From: an uncultured bacterium
GTDB taxonomy: Bacteria > Bacillota > Clostridia > Oscillospirales > CAG-272
Length of the DNA: 64,000 nt
Assembly (NCBI GenBank): GCA_945920215.1
Contig: CAMEJM010000003.1
Coordinates: forward strand, 65,115-129,114
Direction of reading: 5' to 3'
Position numbers and translations under genes: made by a program. The notes under the pieces were generated by a model. The model was not told the DNA's origin, made no database searches, and was given only the letters and a program-made list of their open reading frames with translations. Below, in pieces: positions 1 through 10,000 of the stretch; the stretch's first letter is position 1; each line of letters starts with the position of its first letter.

Positions 1-744
1 CGCGGCATGCGTATTACCGAGCGCGGTATAGCAGCCGGCGCTGATTTTACAGGCTTCGATGATATTTTCAACCCATCCGCCGCCCGCCTCTATAAAACTC
101 TTCAGAACGGCGAGCGCGCGCCAGTATTGTCTGTGATAGCAAAGCTCCCGCCCGAAGTAAAACATATCGCGTGGGGAAAAACCGACGCCTGTCGCCAATT
201 GTTTTTCATATATCCTCAGATTGCGATCGGGGTATTCTTCCTTGACCGAGCGGTGCGACACTGCAATGTCCGTGTGGAGGATTGGTCCTTCATAGGATAA
301 CACCTCGTGCACAAATCCGACCCACTCATGAGGTGCGTCCCGCCTGATAATCCGTTCCCGTTCGTAAGAAAAGGTTACGTTTCCGCTTTCGTCATAGGCT
401 GTATCATAGCGCAGACCGACAGCGGAGAAGTCGGACGGAACGCCGCGTTCTTTAAGACTCAGAAAGGCGTCTTTGTTTTCAGAAGTCAGGATATCGTCCG
501 CGTCCAACCACATGATCCATTCACATGTAGCCTTTGAGAACGAAAAATTGCGGGCAGCTGCAAAATCATCACACCATTCAAAGTCATAGACCTGCGCGGT
601 GAATTGCGCCGCAATTTCTTTGGTATTGTCCGTGCTTCCTGTATCGACAATGATTAGTTCATCAAAACACCCTGTCACGCTGTTCAGGCACCTCGCCAGA
701 ACTTTCTCCTCGTTTTTTACAATCATACATAAACTGACACGCAT
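1..744 (-). CDS. Glycosyltransferase family 2 protein (N-terminal GT-A catalytic domain plus start of a helical/TPR-like region); C-terminal part lies outside the window
   Basis: Absent from the ORF track because it is open at the window edge. Manual minus-strand translation from ATG 744..742 (GGAGG at 756..752, 7-nt spacer) gives MRVSLCMIVKNEEKVLARCLNSVTGCFDELIIVDTGSTDNTKEIAAQF...WLDADD...GFVHEV...FYFGREL. This is a typical GT2 N-terminus with a DxD motif. The frame stays open to nt 1. Confidence 0.8.
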   Translation of the reverse strand, partial: MRVSLCMIVKNEEKVLARCLNSVTGCFDELIIVDTGSTDNTKEIAAQFTAQVYDFEWCDDFAAARNFSFSKATCEWIMWLDADDILTSENKDAFLSLKERGVPSDFSAVGLRYDTAYDESGNVTFSYERERIIRRDAPHEWVGFVHEVLSYEGPILHTDIAVSHRSVKEEYPDRNLRIYEKQLATGVGFSPRDMFYFGRELCYHRQYWRALAVLKSFIEAGGGWVENIIEACKISAGCYTALGNTHAA

Positions 745-851
745 TTCAATTCCTCCGTTGTTGACAGAATAAGCGGCACAGCACGGGCACGCTTGCACCG
801 GACGGCGGAATGAGTTATAATCATAGCATCGAAAGAATGGGAGAAAAACAT

Positions 852-1079
852 ATGGAAACTATCAGACCAGGCAGGTACCGCCATTTCAAGGGCGGGGAAT
901 ATGAAGTCATCGCACTTGCCCGCCATTCTGAAACAGGGGAGAAAATGGTGGTCTACCGCGCGCTGTACGGCGCGGGGGAATACTGGGTACGTCCTGCCGC
1001 CATGTGGAATGAAACGGTGGAGCGCGACGGGAAAAGCTATCGCCGTTTTACTTATGTGGGAGATGAAAAAGGTGACTGA
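852..1079 (+). CDS. DUF1653 domain-containing protein
   Basis: Track ORF 810..1079. The core RPGRYRHFKGGEYEVIALARHSETGEKMVVYRALYG...WVRP is the DUF1653 signature. The preferred start is ATG 852 (METIRPG), preceded by GGGAG. Confidence 0.75.
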   Translation: METIRPGRYRHFKGGEYEVIALARHSETGEKMVVYRALYGAGEYWVRPAAMWNETVERDGKSYRRFTYVGDEKGD

Positions 1080-1779
1080 GGAAACGTCGGCTGCACAGAA
1101 GGCAAGAGCAGGACTCCTCGCACGCGCGGACGGCGCTTATCGGGATTTTCAATCCCGTCTGATGCCGGAAATACCGAAAGAGAGAATCATCGGGGTGCGG
1201 ATGCCTGCCTTGCGGGACTTCTCAAAAGAGTTTTCAAGAGAGCCGTTTGTCTCGGATTTTCTTACCGAACTGCCTCATTTTTACTATGAGGAGAATAATC
1301 TTCACGCCTGTTTGATAGAAAGAATCGGGGACTATGAGCAAACGGTAACGGAACTGGACGCATTTTTGCCGTATGTGGACAACTGGGCGACCTGTGACTT
1401 GATGAACCCAAAGGTGCTTGGTAAGTTTCCGAAAAAAACCGAGGTACATATCCGTCGTTGGCTTTCGTCATCCGCTCCTTACGCGGTGCGGTTCGGGATA
1501 GGCTGTTTGATGAGATGGTATCTGAACGACGGCGTTTTCTGTGAGACATATTTGAATACCGTCGCGTCGCTGGACAGGGAAGAATACTATATCCGCATGA
1601 TGCAGGCATGGTTCTTTGCGACGGCACTGGCAAAACGGTACGAGAGCACCTTGCCATATATAGAAGGGCATCTTCTCGGCGAGTGGGTTCGTCGTAAGGC
1701 TATACAGAAGGCATGTGAAAGCCGACGCCTCACAGATGCGCAGAAGGCAAAATTAAGATCTCTGCGCGCAAAAGAGTGA
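1063..1779 (+). CDS. DNA alkylation repair enzyme (AlkD-like HEAT-repeat family)
   Basis: Track ORF 901..1779. The body (MPALRDFSKEF...PHFYYEENNLHACLIERI...LPYVDNWATCDLM) matches the DNA_alkylation family. The first ~54 codons of the track ORF overlap the DUF1653 gene, so an in-frame ATG at 1063 (or 1054), overlapping the DUF1653 stop, is preferred. Confidence 0.7.
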   Translation: MKKVTEETSAAQKARAGLLARADGAYRDFQSRLMPEIPKERIIGVRMPALRDFSKEFSREPFVSDFLTELPHFYYEENNLHACLIERIGDYEQTVTELDAFLPYVDNWATCDLMNPKVLGKFPKKTEVHIRRWLSSSAPYAVRFGIGCLMRWYLNDGVFCETYLNTVASLDREEYYIRMMQAWFFATALAKRYESTLPYIEGHLLGEWVRRKAIQKACESRRLTDAQKAKLRSLRAKE

Positions 1780-1845
1780 GAAATCGGAAAACGGCAAGCT
1801 TATACCGACTTCAAATCAGAATACCATGACTTCTGAATATAATGA

Positions 1846-1885
1846 GGCGGCGCCTTATATTTTAGGCTCCGCCCCGTTTGTTTTA
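1846..1885 (+). terminator. Rho-independent terminator candidate after the AlkD-like gene
   Basis: A 10-bp GC-rich stem (1846..1855 / 1864..1873, one mismatch) is followed by ccgTTTGTTTT. Confidence 0.55.
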
Positions 1886-2015
1886 TTAGGGCATCGGGTA
1901 TATAGACGAGTGTTGTATTAAATCGATTTGTCTAATCTTTATATCTCAACCGGAGTAATATAGGCGCATGATTCTTGTCCCCTAAGCATCTTTGTGTGGT
2001 TTCAACAAAAATAGA

Positions 2016-2031
2016 GTTAGCCAATGCTAAC
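2016..2031. promoter_or_regulatory. Palindromic operator candidate, copy 1 (GTTAGCcaatGCTAAC)
   Basis: Perfect 6+6 inverted repeat with a 4-nt centre. It is one of three copies in the feo locus and lies ~60 nt upstream of the feo -35. Confidence 0.5.
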
Positions 2032-2077
2032 CATTTTTTAAAAAGTGCCGAAATTAAAAAGAATGGTTTGATTTCAA

Positions 2078-2106
2078 TTGACAAAAAACAAGGAAGCGCA
2101 TATAAT
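2078..2106 (+). promoter_or_regulatory. Sigma-A type promoter of the feo operon
   Basis: TTGACA (2078..2083), 17-nt spacer, TATAAT (2101..2106). Confidence 0.75.
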
Positions 2107-2113
2107 TAGCATA

Positions 2114-2129
2114 GTTAGCAACGGCTAAC
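2114..2129. promoter_or_regulatory. Palindromic operator candidate, copy 2 (GTTAGCaacgGCTAAC)
   Basis: Perfect inverted repeat starting 8 nt after the -10 hexamer, so it covers the predicted transcription start. This is the classic repressor position. Confidence 0.6.
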
Positions 2130-2163
2130 CAAAATACATAAGACCGATTTGGAGAGGATCAGA

Positions 2164-2376
2164 ATGATGCCGTTATTATTTGCCAACATCGGGGAAGAAA
2201 GCCTGATCAAGAGGGTAGGCGGCATGCCGGAAGTCAAAAAGCACCTTGAGAATTTGGGCTTTGTGCCGGGGAGCCGCGTCACGGTCGTAACCGCAATGGC
2301 AGGGAACCTGATTGTGAACATCAAAGACTCCCGTGTGGCAATCAGCCGTGAAATGGCGCAGAAAATTATGATATAA
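2164..2376 (+). CDS. feoA: FeoA family ferrous iron transport protein
   Basis: Track ORF 2149..2376 starts at TTG. In-frame ATG 2164 follows GGAGAGG (2151..2157). It is a small SH3-like FeoA sequence (LGFVPGSRVTVV...IVNIKDSRVAISREMAQKI). Confidence 0.85.
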   Translation: MMPLLFANIGEESLIKRVGGMPEVKKHLENLGFVPGSRVTVVTAMAGNLIVNIKDSRVAISREMAQKIMI

Positions 2377-2412
2377 TTCAAAGGTATATGAATGATTGGA
2401 AAGGAGAGACAC

Positions 2413-2634
2413 ATGAAAACTCTGAGAGACGTGAAAGTCGGAGAGACGGCAACGGTGGTGCGCCTGCACGGTGAGGGAGCAGTGAAACGCCGTATCATGG
2501 ATATGGGTTTGACCCGAGGGGTACAATTAACTATCCGAAAAGTGGCGCCGCTCGGCGATCCGATTGAAATGACGGTTCGCGGCTATGAGCTGACGCTGCG
2601 TAAAGATGACGCTGCTATGATTGAGGTGGAATAA
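2413..2634 (+). CDS. feoA: FeoA family ferrous iron transport protein (second copy)
   Basis: Track ORF 2392..2634. ATG 2413 (MKTLRDVKVGE) follows AAGGAGAG. FeoA pattern: RRIMDMGLTRGVQLTIRKVAPLGDPIEMTVRGYELTLRKDDAAMIEV. Confidence 0.85.
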   Translation: MKTLRDVKVGETATVVRLHGEGAVKRRIMDMGLTRGVQLTIRKVAPLGDPIEMTVRGYELTLRKDDAAMIEVE

Positions 2635-2641
2635 AATACTC

Positions 2642-2666
2642 GCGGGAGTTTCCCGCATTCATTTTT
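2642..2666 (+). terminator. Short intra-operon hairpin plus T-run between feoA2 and feoB (possible partial terminator or processing site)
   Basis: GCGGGA-gtt-TCCCGC (2642..2656) followed by attcaTTTTT. Confidence 0.4.
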
Positions 2667-2674
2667 GCCCGCAA

Positions 2675-2690
2675 GTTAGCAATTGCTAAC
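2675..2690. promoter_or_regulatory. Palindromic operator candidate, copy 3 (GTTAGCaattGCTAAC)
   Basis: Perfect inverted repeat 20 nt upstream of the feoB start codon, inside the feoA2-feoB spacer. Confidence 0.5.
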
Positions 2691-2709
2691 CGAAAGAAAG
2701 GAGAATTCA

Positions 2710-5115
2710 ATGGAGCGCAAGACAATCAGGATTGCTTTGGCAGGCAACCCCAATGCCGGTAAAACCACATTATTCAACGCACTGACAGGATCCAACCAGT
2801 TCGTAGGGAACTGGCCGGGGGTGACTGTCGAGAAAAAGGAGGGAAAGCTCAAGCGTCACGACAATGTCATCGTGACAGATCTTCCCGGTATCTATTCTCT
2901 TTCCCCGTATACGCCGGAAGAGGTGGTCGCCCGCGACTATTTAGTCGGAGAAAGACCCGATGCCATTCTCAATATCGTGGACGGTACAAATCTGGAACGT
3001 AACCTGTATCTGACCACACAGCTGACCGAAATCGGGATTCCGGTTGTGGTGGCAATCAACATGATGGATGTGGTTCGGAAGAGGGGCGATCGCATCAACA
3101 CAGCGGAACTTTCGAGACAGCTCGGTTGCCCCGTCGTCGAAATATCCGCATTGAAGGGAAACGGTATCGATGAGGCGGCGGAAGCCGCCATCGCAGCTTC
3201 CGAGAAAGGCGATACTAAGCCGATGCATACCTTTTCCGGCGCTGTGGAACACGCTATCGCGCATATTGAGGAAGCTGCTTTGCACGATATGCCTGAGCAG
3301 ATGCAGAGATGGTATGCCATCAAGATTTTCGAGCGTGATCAAAAGGTACTTGAGCAACTGACTATTGCGCCCGAAACCCTTGCGCATATTGAGCAGGACA
3401 TCCGGGCGGCCGAAAAAGAATGCGATGATGACGCGGAGAGTATGATTACCAATGAAAGGTATGTATATATTGCTTCCATCATCGCCGGTTGCTACCGCAA
3501 GAAAGAAAAAGGAAAACTCTCCGTCAGCGATAAGATTGACCGCGTGGTGACAAACCGCTGGGCGGCGCTTCCGATCTTCGCTGTCATTATGTTCCTTGTG
3601 TATTTCATCTCGGTTTCCACCATCGGCACTTTTGTGACGGATTGGGCAAACGACGGCGTCTTTGGCGACGGCTGGCACCTTTTCGGAATCGGGTCATCCG
3701 CATATGAAAAAGACGCGAACGCATATGCCGAAGAATACATTTTCACAGATGAAGTGAAAGGAATCGTCCAAGCGGCGGCAGAGCAGGGCGTAGTCGGCGC
3801 CGCTGATATTCAGAGCGCAATAGAGGGTGGCAGTTTCGCCGATTTTGAGGAAGCGTACGGTACATACGGCGATTCGCTTGCGGAAGCGGGCTTTGATTTG
3901 TCAGAGTTGGTTGTTCCGGCTTTGGAAGCGGAGGAGGTGCCCGATACTGCCGCGTATGGTGTGTGGGTACCGGGGATTCCCGTATTGCTCGGCAGGTTGC
4001 TGGACGCCATGCATTGCGCGTCATGGCTGGAAAGCCTGATTCTTGACGGAATTGTAGCGGGCGTCGGCGCTGTTCTCGGTTTCGTGCCGCAGATGATAGT
4101 GCTGTTTATTTTGCTGGCGTTTTTGGAGGCGTGCGGTTATATGGCGCGCATCGCATTCGTGCTGGACCGTGTATTCAGGCGGTTCGGTCTGTCCGGAAAG
4201 TCCTTTATCCCGATGCTGATTGGAACCGGCTGCGGCGTGCCGGGAATTATGGCAAGCCGTACAATCGAGAATGAACGTGACCGCCGCATGACGATTATGA
4301 CCACCACGTTCATCCCTTGCGGCGCAAAGCTTCCTATCATTGCATTGATTGCGTCTGCTTTGTTCGGCGGCGCATGGTGGGTAGCGCCCAGCGCATATTT
4401 TATCGGGATTGCGGCAATTCTTGTGTCGGGCATCATGCTCAAGAAAACAAAGTTGTTTGCAGGAGATCCCGCCCCCTTTGTGATGGAACTTCCCGCCTAC
4501 CATATGCCTACCTTCGGCAACCTGATGCGTTCCATGTGGGAGAGAGCAAGCTCGTTTATCAGAAAAGCGGGCACCATCATTCTTCTCTCATCGATTTTCA
4601 TTTGGCTTTTCTCACGGCTCGGTATAGAGAACGGAACATTCGGATTCGATGTGGATATGGAACTGGAGGCGAGCCTGCTGGGGATTATCGGCGGAGCCAT
4701 CTGCTATATCTTCAAACCGCTTGGATTTGGCAATATTCGTTCTACTGTCGCAACCATCATGGGACTTGTGGCGAAAGAGGAAGTAGTCGGCGTTCTCGGC
4801 GTGCTTGACTTTGAGGGGATGTCGAAGTTGGCAGCATATTCCTTTCTTATTTTTAATCTGCTGTGCGCTCCCTGCTTTGCGGCAATCGGTGCTATCAAGC
4901 GCGAGATGAACAGCGCGAAGTGGACTTGGTTTGCCATTGGATATCAGTGCCTGCTTGCATATGCCGTCTCTCTGATCGTGTATCAAATCGGCTCTGTGTT
5001 TGCGGGAAACATTCATGTTGTCGGATTTATCTTTGCGCTCTTGGTACTTGCAGGTTTTGGATATATGATTTTCCGCCCCCGGAGAAAAAACAACTCTGCG
5101 GCGCTTCTGAAGTGA
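2710..5115 (+). CDS. feoB: Ferrous iron transporter FeoB (G-domain plus permease)
   Basis: Track ORF 2683..5115 starts at TTG. ATG 2710 follows AAAGGAGA. N-terminus IALAGNPNAGKTTLFNALTG (G1), DLPGIYSL (G3), NMMD (G4), followed by a long polytopic membrane domain. Confidence 0.95.
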   Translation: MERKTIRIALAGNPNAGKTTLFNALTGSNQFVGNWPGVTVEKKEGKLKRHDNVIVTDLPGIYSLSPYTPEEVVARDYLVGERPDAILNIVDGTNLERNLYLTTQLTEIGIPVVVAINMMDVVRKRGDRINTAELSRQLGCPVVEISALKGNGIDEAAEAAIAASEKGDTKPMHTFSGAVEHAIAHIEEAALHDMPEQMQRWYAIKIFERDQKVLEQLTIAPETLAHIEQDIRAAEKECDDDAESMITNERYVYIASIIAGCYRKKEKGKLSVSDKIDRVVTNRWAALPIFAVIMFLVYFISVSTIGTFVTDWANDGVFGDGWHLFGIGSSAYEKDANAYAEEYIFTDEVKGIVQAAAEQGVVGAADIQSAIEGGSFADFEEAYGTYGDSLAEAGFDLSELVVPALEAEEVPDTAAYGVWVPGIPVLLGRLLDAMHCASWLESLILDGIVAGVGAVLGFVPQMIVLFILLAFLEACGYMARIAFVLDRVFRRFGLSGKSFIPMLIGTGCGVPGIMASRTIENERDRRMTIMTTTFIPCGAKLPIIALIASALFGGAWWVAPSAYFIGIAAILVSGIMLKKTKLFAGDPAPFVMELPAYHMPTFGNLMRSMWERASSFIRKAGTIILLSSIFIWLFSRLGIENGTFGFDVDMELEASLLGIIGGAICYIFKPLGFGNIRSTVATIMGLVAKEEVVGVLGVLDFEGMSKLAAYSFLIFNLLCAPCFAAIGAIKREMNSAKWTWFAIGYQCLLAYAVSLIVYQIGSVFAGNIHVVGFIFALLVLAGFGYMIFRPRRKNNSAALLK

Positions 5116-5129
5116 CATAGGAGGTAGGA

Positions 5130-5342
5130 ATGCTGTTACATTTTATTGGCGACCATATCGGCACAATCATTGTACTGGCGATTCTGATGATTTGCGTGGG
5201 TGCGGTTGTGCGCGGGATGATCAAACGCAAAAAACAAGGGAAATCTGTATGCGGCGGTTGCAGCGGCAGCTGCTCAGGTTGTCCGATGTGCGGACGGTGT
5301 CACGCCAACCCCGAGAAGGAAGAGAGAAAAACAGAACAATAA
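5130..5342 (+). CDS. FeoB-associated Cys-rich membrane protein
   Basis: 70 aa with one N-terminal TM helix followed by KKQGKSVCGGCSGSCSGCPMCGRC. It sits immediately downstream of feoB with GGAGGTAGG as its RBS. Confidence 0.8.
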   Translation: MLLHFIGDHIGTIIVLAILMICVGAVVRGMIKRKKQGKSVCGGCSGSCSGCPMCGRCHANPEKEERKTEQ

Positions 5343-5350
5343 AATTTAAG

Positions 5351-5380
5351 AGCGGAGCCTCGTCTGAGACTCCGCTTTTA
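5351..5380. terminator. Terminator hairpin between the convergent feo operon and fhs
   Basis: AGCGGAG (5351..5357) / CTCCGCT (5370..5376) followed by TTTTA. Confidence 0.65.
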
Positions 5381-5396
5381 TCATAATGGATCAACA

Positions 5397-7073
5397 TCAG
5401 AACAGACCGTGAATGACGCCGTTGTCGTCTACGTCAATACGTTCGGCGGCAGGGACTTTCGGCAGTCCGGGCATGGTCATAATATCGCCTGTAAGAACGA
5501 CAAGGAATCCTGCGCCCGCCGAGACTTTGACGTTTTTCACCGTGACGGTGAAATGCTCCGGCGCGCCGAGTTTTGTCGGGTCATCCGAGAAGCTGTACTG
5601 CGTTTTGGCGATACAGACGGGCACCTTATCAAAACCGAGGGCGGCAAGCTGCCGGATTTGTTTGGCGGCGGCGGGAAGAATGTTGATGCCGTCGCCTCCG
5701 TAAATTCGCCTGACAACAGCTTCGATCTTTTCCTCGATGGTGGCGTCGATTTCATAACTGAAACGGAAGTCCGGCTTTTCCTCTTCGCACAGGCGGACTA
5801 CCTCACGCGCAAGCGCTTCGCCGCCTTTGCCGCCCTCTGCCCAAACGGTTGAGAGAACGACATTCACGCCCAAGGCACGGCATTTCTCAATGATGAATTC
5901 CACTTCACGGTCAGTGTCGGTCGGGAAACGGTTGACAGCCACCACGCAGGGAAGTCCGTACACGTTTTTGATATTGGAAACATGGCGGAGCAGATTGGGG
6001 ATCCCTGCTTCGAGCGCCGTCAGGTTCTCGTTTGCCAGTTCGGTTTTTGCAAGACCGCCGTGCATTTTCAGGGCGCGGACAGTGGCAACCACCACAACGG
6101 CGGACGGGGTCAGAGAAGCCATGCGGCATTTGATATCGAGGAACTTTTCGGCACCGAGATCCGCACCGAAGCCCGCTTCGGTCACAGCATAATCGCCGAG
6201 CTTGAGCGCCATTTTTGTGGCGGTAACCGAGTTGCACCCGTGCGCTATGTTGGCGAAAGGTCCGCCGTGGACAAATGCCGGCGTGCCTTCAAGCGTTTGG
6301 ACAAGATTGGGCTTGAGAGCGTCCTTGAGCAGCGCCGCCATTGCGCCCTGCGCTTTCAGATCCGCGCAGGTAACGGGTTTGTCATCATAGGTGTAGCCTA
6401 CGATGATGCGCGCAAGCCGCGCTTTCAGGTCGGAAATAGAGGAGGAAAGGCAGAGAACCGCCATGATTTCACTTGCCACGGTGATGTCGAAGCCGTCCTC
6501 ACGCGGGGTGCCGTTGGCCTTGCCGCCGAGACCGTCTACCACAAAGCGGAGCTGACGGTCATTCATATCCACACAGCGCTTCCATGTGATTTTTCGAGGG
6601 TCAATTCCAAGGGCGTTCCCTTGTTGAATGTGGTTGTCGAGCATTGCGGCGAGAAGATTGTTTGCCGCGCCGATGGCATGAAAGTCACCCGTGAAATGCA
6701 GGTTGATATCCTCCATGGGGACCACCTGCGCGTATCCGCCTCCGGCAGCGCCGCCTTTGATTCCGAAAACAGGTCCCAAAGACGGCTCCCGCAGGGCGAC
6801 AACAGTATTCTTTCCAATGCGTTTCAGACCGTCTGCAAGTCCGATGGTAGTAGTCGTTTTTCCCTCGCCGGCGGGGGTCGGGGTAATGGCGGTCACAAGG
6901 ATCAGATGTCCGTCCCGTCGATTTGAATCGTTCAGAAGAGACAGGCCTACCTTTGCTTTATACTTTCCGTACTGCTCGAGATAATCGTCTGCGATACCGG
7001 CAGTTTTGGCCACCTCGGTAATGGGGCGCATTTTGCACGCCTGTGCAATTTCAATGTCGCTTAAATAAGTCAT
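5397..7073 (-). CDS. fhs: Formate--tetrahydrofolate ligase
   Basis: 558 aa. It carries the hallmark [18 protein letters not shown]-loop and full-length similarity to FTHFS. It lies 21 nt downstream of purL with AAGGAGA as its RBS. Confidence 0.95.
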   Translation of the reverse strand: MTYLSDIEIAQACKMRPITEVAKTAGIADDYLEQYGKYKAKVGLSLLNDSNRRDGHLILVTAITPTPAGEGKTTTTIGLADGLKRIGKNTVVALREPSLGPVFGIKGGAAGGGYAQVVPMEDINLHFTGDFHAIGAANNLLAAMLDNHIQQGNALGIDPRKITWKRCVDMNDRQLRFVVDGLGGKANGTPREDGFDITVASEIMAVLCLSSSISDLKARLARIIVGYTYDDKPVTCADLKAQGAMAALLKDALKPNLVQTLEGTPAFVHGGPFANIAHGCNSVTATKMALKLGDYAVTEAGFGADLGAEKFLDIKCRMASLTPSAVVVVATVRALKMHGGLAKTELANENLTALEAGIPNLLRHVSNIKNVYGLPCVVAVNRFPTDTDREVEFIIEKCRALGVNVVLSTVWAEGGKGGEALAREVVRLCEEEKPDFRFSYEIDATIEEKIEAVVRRIYGGDGINILPAAAKQIRQLAALGFDKVPVCIAKTQYSFSDDPTKLGAPEHFTVTVKNVKVSAGAGFLVVLTGDIMTMPGLPKVPAAERIDVDDNGVIHGLF

Positions 7074-7094
7074 GCTGTCTCCTTATCTTTGATA

Positions 7095-10000
7095 TCATTT
7101 GGTGAAATAATCCACGGCGGAGCGGAACATATGTATATCATATTCTCCCGGCACGTTTTTGTAAAGCCCGTTGCCGATTCTTTCCGAGTGCCCCATTTTA
7201 CCGAATACGCGCCCGTCGGGGGAGGTGATTCCCTCGATTGCGTACAGGGAGCCGTTTGGATTGAAGCGGATGTCGTCCGTGGCATTTCCGTCAAAGTCCA
7301 CATACTGCGTCGCAATCTGACCGTTTGCCGCAAGCTCGCGTATCAGCTTTTCATCGGCGATGAAGCGCCCTTCACCGTGGGAAATCGGCACAGTGTAAAT
7401 CTGACCGACCTCTGTCCCCGCAAGCCACGGAGATTTGTTGGAGGCAATACGGGTTCTGACAAGGCGGGACTGGTGGCGTGCGATGGTATTGTAGGTCAGG
7501 GTGGGGCAGTCGGCATCGGTATCGATGATTTTGCCGTAGGGAACCAAGCCAAGCTTGATCAGCGCCTGAAAACCGTTGCAGATGCCGCACATCAGCCCGT
7601 CGCGCCGATCGAGAAGTTCCGTCACCGCTTCCTTTACCTCCGCATTGCGGAAGAAAGCCGTGATAAATTTGCCGGAGCCGTCGGGCTCATCGCCGCCGGA
7701 GAATCCGCCGGGAATGAAAATCATTTGGGAGTCGCGCGTGCGCGCCGCAAAATCAGAAACGCTGCGGGCAATAGAATCCGAGGTCAGATTGTTGATAACG
7801 AATATTTCCGCGTCTGCGCCTGCGTCACGCATGACTTTTGCAGAATCGTACTCGCAGTTAGTACCGGGAAAGACGGGAATCAGTACTCTCGGTTTTGCAA
7901 CCTTGACAGCGGGTGCCACGCGTTTATCGGATTTGAACGAAAAGGTTTCCAAGGGGGTGCTTTCGTTTTGAATGTTACAGGGAAATACGCTTTCGAGTTT
8001 TCCCTCGTACAGGTCGGTGAGAGCATCGAGGGAGAGAGACTCTCCAAAGCCGTCGATCGACGCTTTTTCGGTGGTATGGGCAATGGTTTTTCCCGCTGCT
8101 ACATCATCGTCGGTTTCTACGACAAAAGCGCCGTAAGCGTATCCGAACAGGTCCTCCAAGGTACAGCTCTCCGTCAGTGCAACGCCCACCTTGTTTCCGA
8201 TACACATCTTGAAGAGGGCTTCCGCAATCCCGCCGCGGGTAGGGGTGTATGCCGCGTATGCTTTGCCGCTGCGGAAAAGAGCGGTTACGGTTTCAAAGCA
8301 GGAGAGCAGGGAGGCAGGCACCGGGAGCCCATTTTCATCATATTCGGGGGAGAAGAGAGCAACGCGGTGACGGGGCGCTTTGAATTCCGGAGAGACAATA
8401 TGCGAGGTTATGTCGGTTGTGACGGCAAACGAAACAAGGGTCGGGGGAACGTCCAGTTGCTCAAAGGAACCGCTCATGGAGTCCTTACCGCCGATTGAAG
8501 CAACCCCGAAATCCAACTGCGCGCGGAATGCGCCAAGCAGAGCGGACAGCGGCTGCCCCCAGCGGGCTTCGTCGCTGCCGGGGTGCGGAAAATACTCCTG
8601 AAAAGTCAGGTATACGTCTTCAAAAGAGGCGCCTGTCGCAATCAACTTCGAGATGGACTCCACGACGGCAAGATAAGCGCCATGATAGGGGCTCTTTTCG
8701 CTGATGGCAGGATTAAAGCCCCATGCCATCAGAGAGCAGTCGTCCGTATGCTTCTTCTCGACCGAGATTTTCTGCACCATTGCCTGAATGGGGGTCATCT
8801 GATACTTGCCGCCGAACGGCATGAGAACGGTACCTGCGCCGATGGTGGAGTCAAAGCGCTCGGACAGCCCGCGTTTGGAGCAGATATTGAGATCACCTAC
8901 AAGCGCTTCAAAACCCGAGCGGAAATCCGACGGAATATCGGGCGCATAGTCCTGCATTTTCGCGGGAGCAACGGTCACGTGTTTTTCCGCGCCGTTGGAG
9001 TTTAAGAATTCGCGGCTGAGGTCGACAATCGCCTTGCCGTTCCAGTACATGGTCAGGCGGGGTTCTTCCTTGACGACCGCCACGCGGGTGGCTTCGAGGT
9101 TTTCCTCATACGCGGCGGCAAGAAATGCCGCTTCGTCTTCAGGCGCCACGACTACCGCCATGCGCTCCTGAGATTCGCTGATGGCAAGCTCGGTTCCGTC
9201 CAGTCCCTCATACTTTTTCGGCACAGCGTTCAAATTGATTTCAAGACCGTCTGCAAGCTCGCCTATCGCCACAGAGACGCCTCCGGCGCCGAAATCGTTG
9301 CAACGCTTGATCATGCGGCAGGCAGCAGGGTCACGGAAGAGCCTTTGCAGCTTGCGTTCTTCAGGCGCGTTGCCTTTTTGGACCTCCGCACCGCAAGTTT
9401 CGAGAGAAGTAAGCGTGTGGGACTTAGAAGAACCGGTAGCGCCGCCGCAACCGTCGCGTCCTGTCCTTCCGCCGAGGAGAATGACGACGTCACCCGGCGC
9501 AGGGCGTTCCCGGCGTACGTTTTCCTGCGGCGCAGCAGCAATGACGGCGCCGATTTCCATGCGCTTTGCGGCATATCCGCTGTGGTAAATTTCATCGACA
9601 ATTCCTGTGGCAAGTCCGATCTGGTTGCCGTAGGAGGAATACCCCGCGGCGGCAGTTGTCACAATTTTACGCTGCGGGAGTTTGCCCGGCATGGTTTCAG
9701 CAACGGGTTTGAGGGGATCCGCGGCGCCCGTGACGCGCATGGCGCCGTACACAAAGGAACGCCCGGAAAGCGGGTCGCGTATGGCGCCGCCGATACAGGT
9801 GGCGGCACCGCCGAAAGGTTCGATTTCCGTGGGGTGATTATGCGTTTCGTTCTTAAAGAGCAGAAGCCAAGGTTCCTCTTTTCCGTCCGCTTTCACATTG
9901 ATTTTCACCGTGCAGGCGTTGATTTCCTCGGATTCGTCCAATTTGTCGAGTTTGCCGTTCGCACGCAGGTATTTCGCGGCTATGGTGGCAATGTCCATCA

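Noticed and set aside
901-1062. N-terminal extension of the AlkD-like ORF (track start at 901).
   Set aside because: It overlaps the DUF1653 gene out of frame, and the homology-bearing part begins after 1063.
1980-2148. Fur box upstream of feoA.
   Set aside because: No GATAATGATAATCATTATC-like or 7-1-7 TGATAAT-n-ATTATCA element is visible. The only repeated palindrome is GTTAGC-N4-GCTAAC, reported as a finding.
5192-5386. ORF of 64 aa overlapping the Cys-rich feo gene. Many other 60-170 aa ORFs in the track are nested in or antisense to the annotated genes.
   Set aside because: They are out-of-frame overlaps with confidently identified genes, and they lack both an RBS and a recognisable sequence family.
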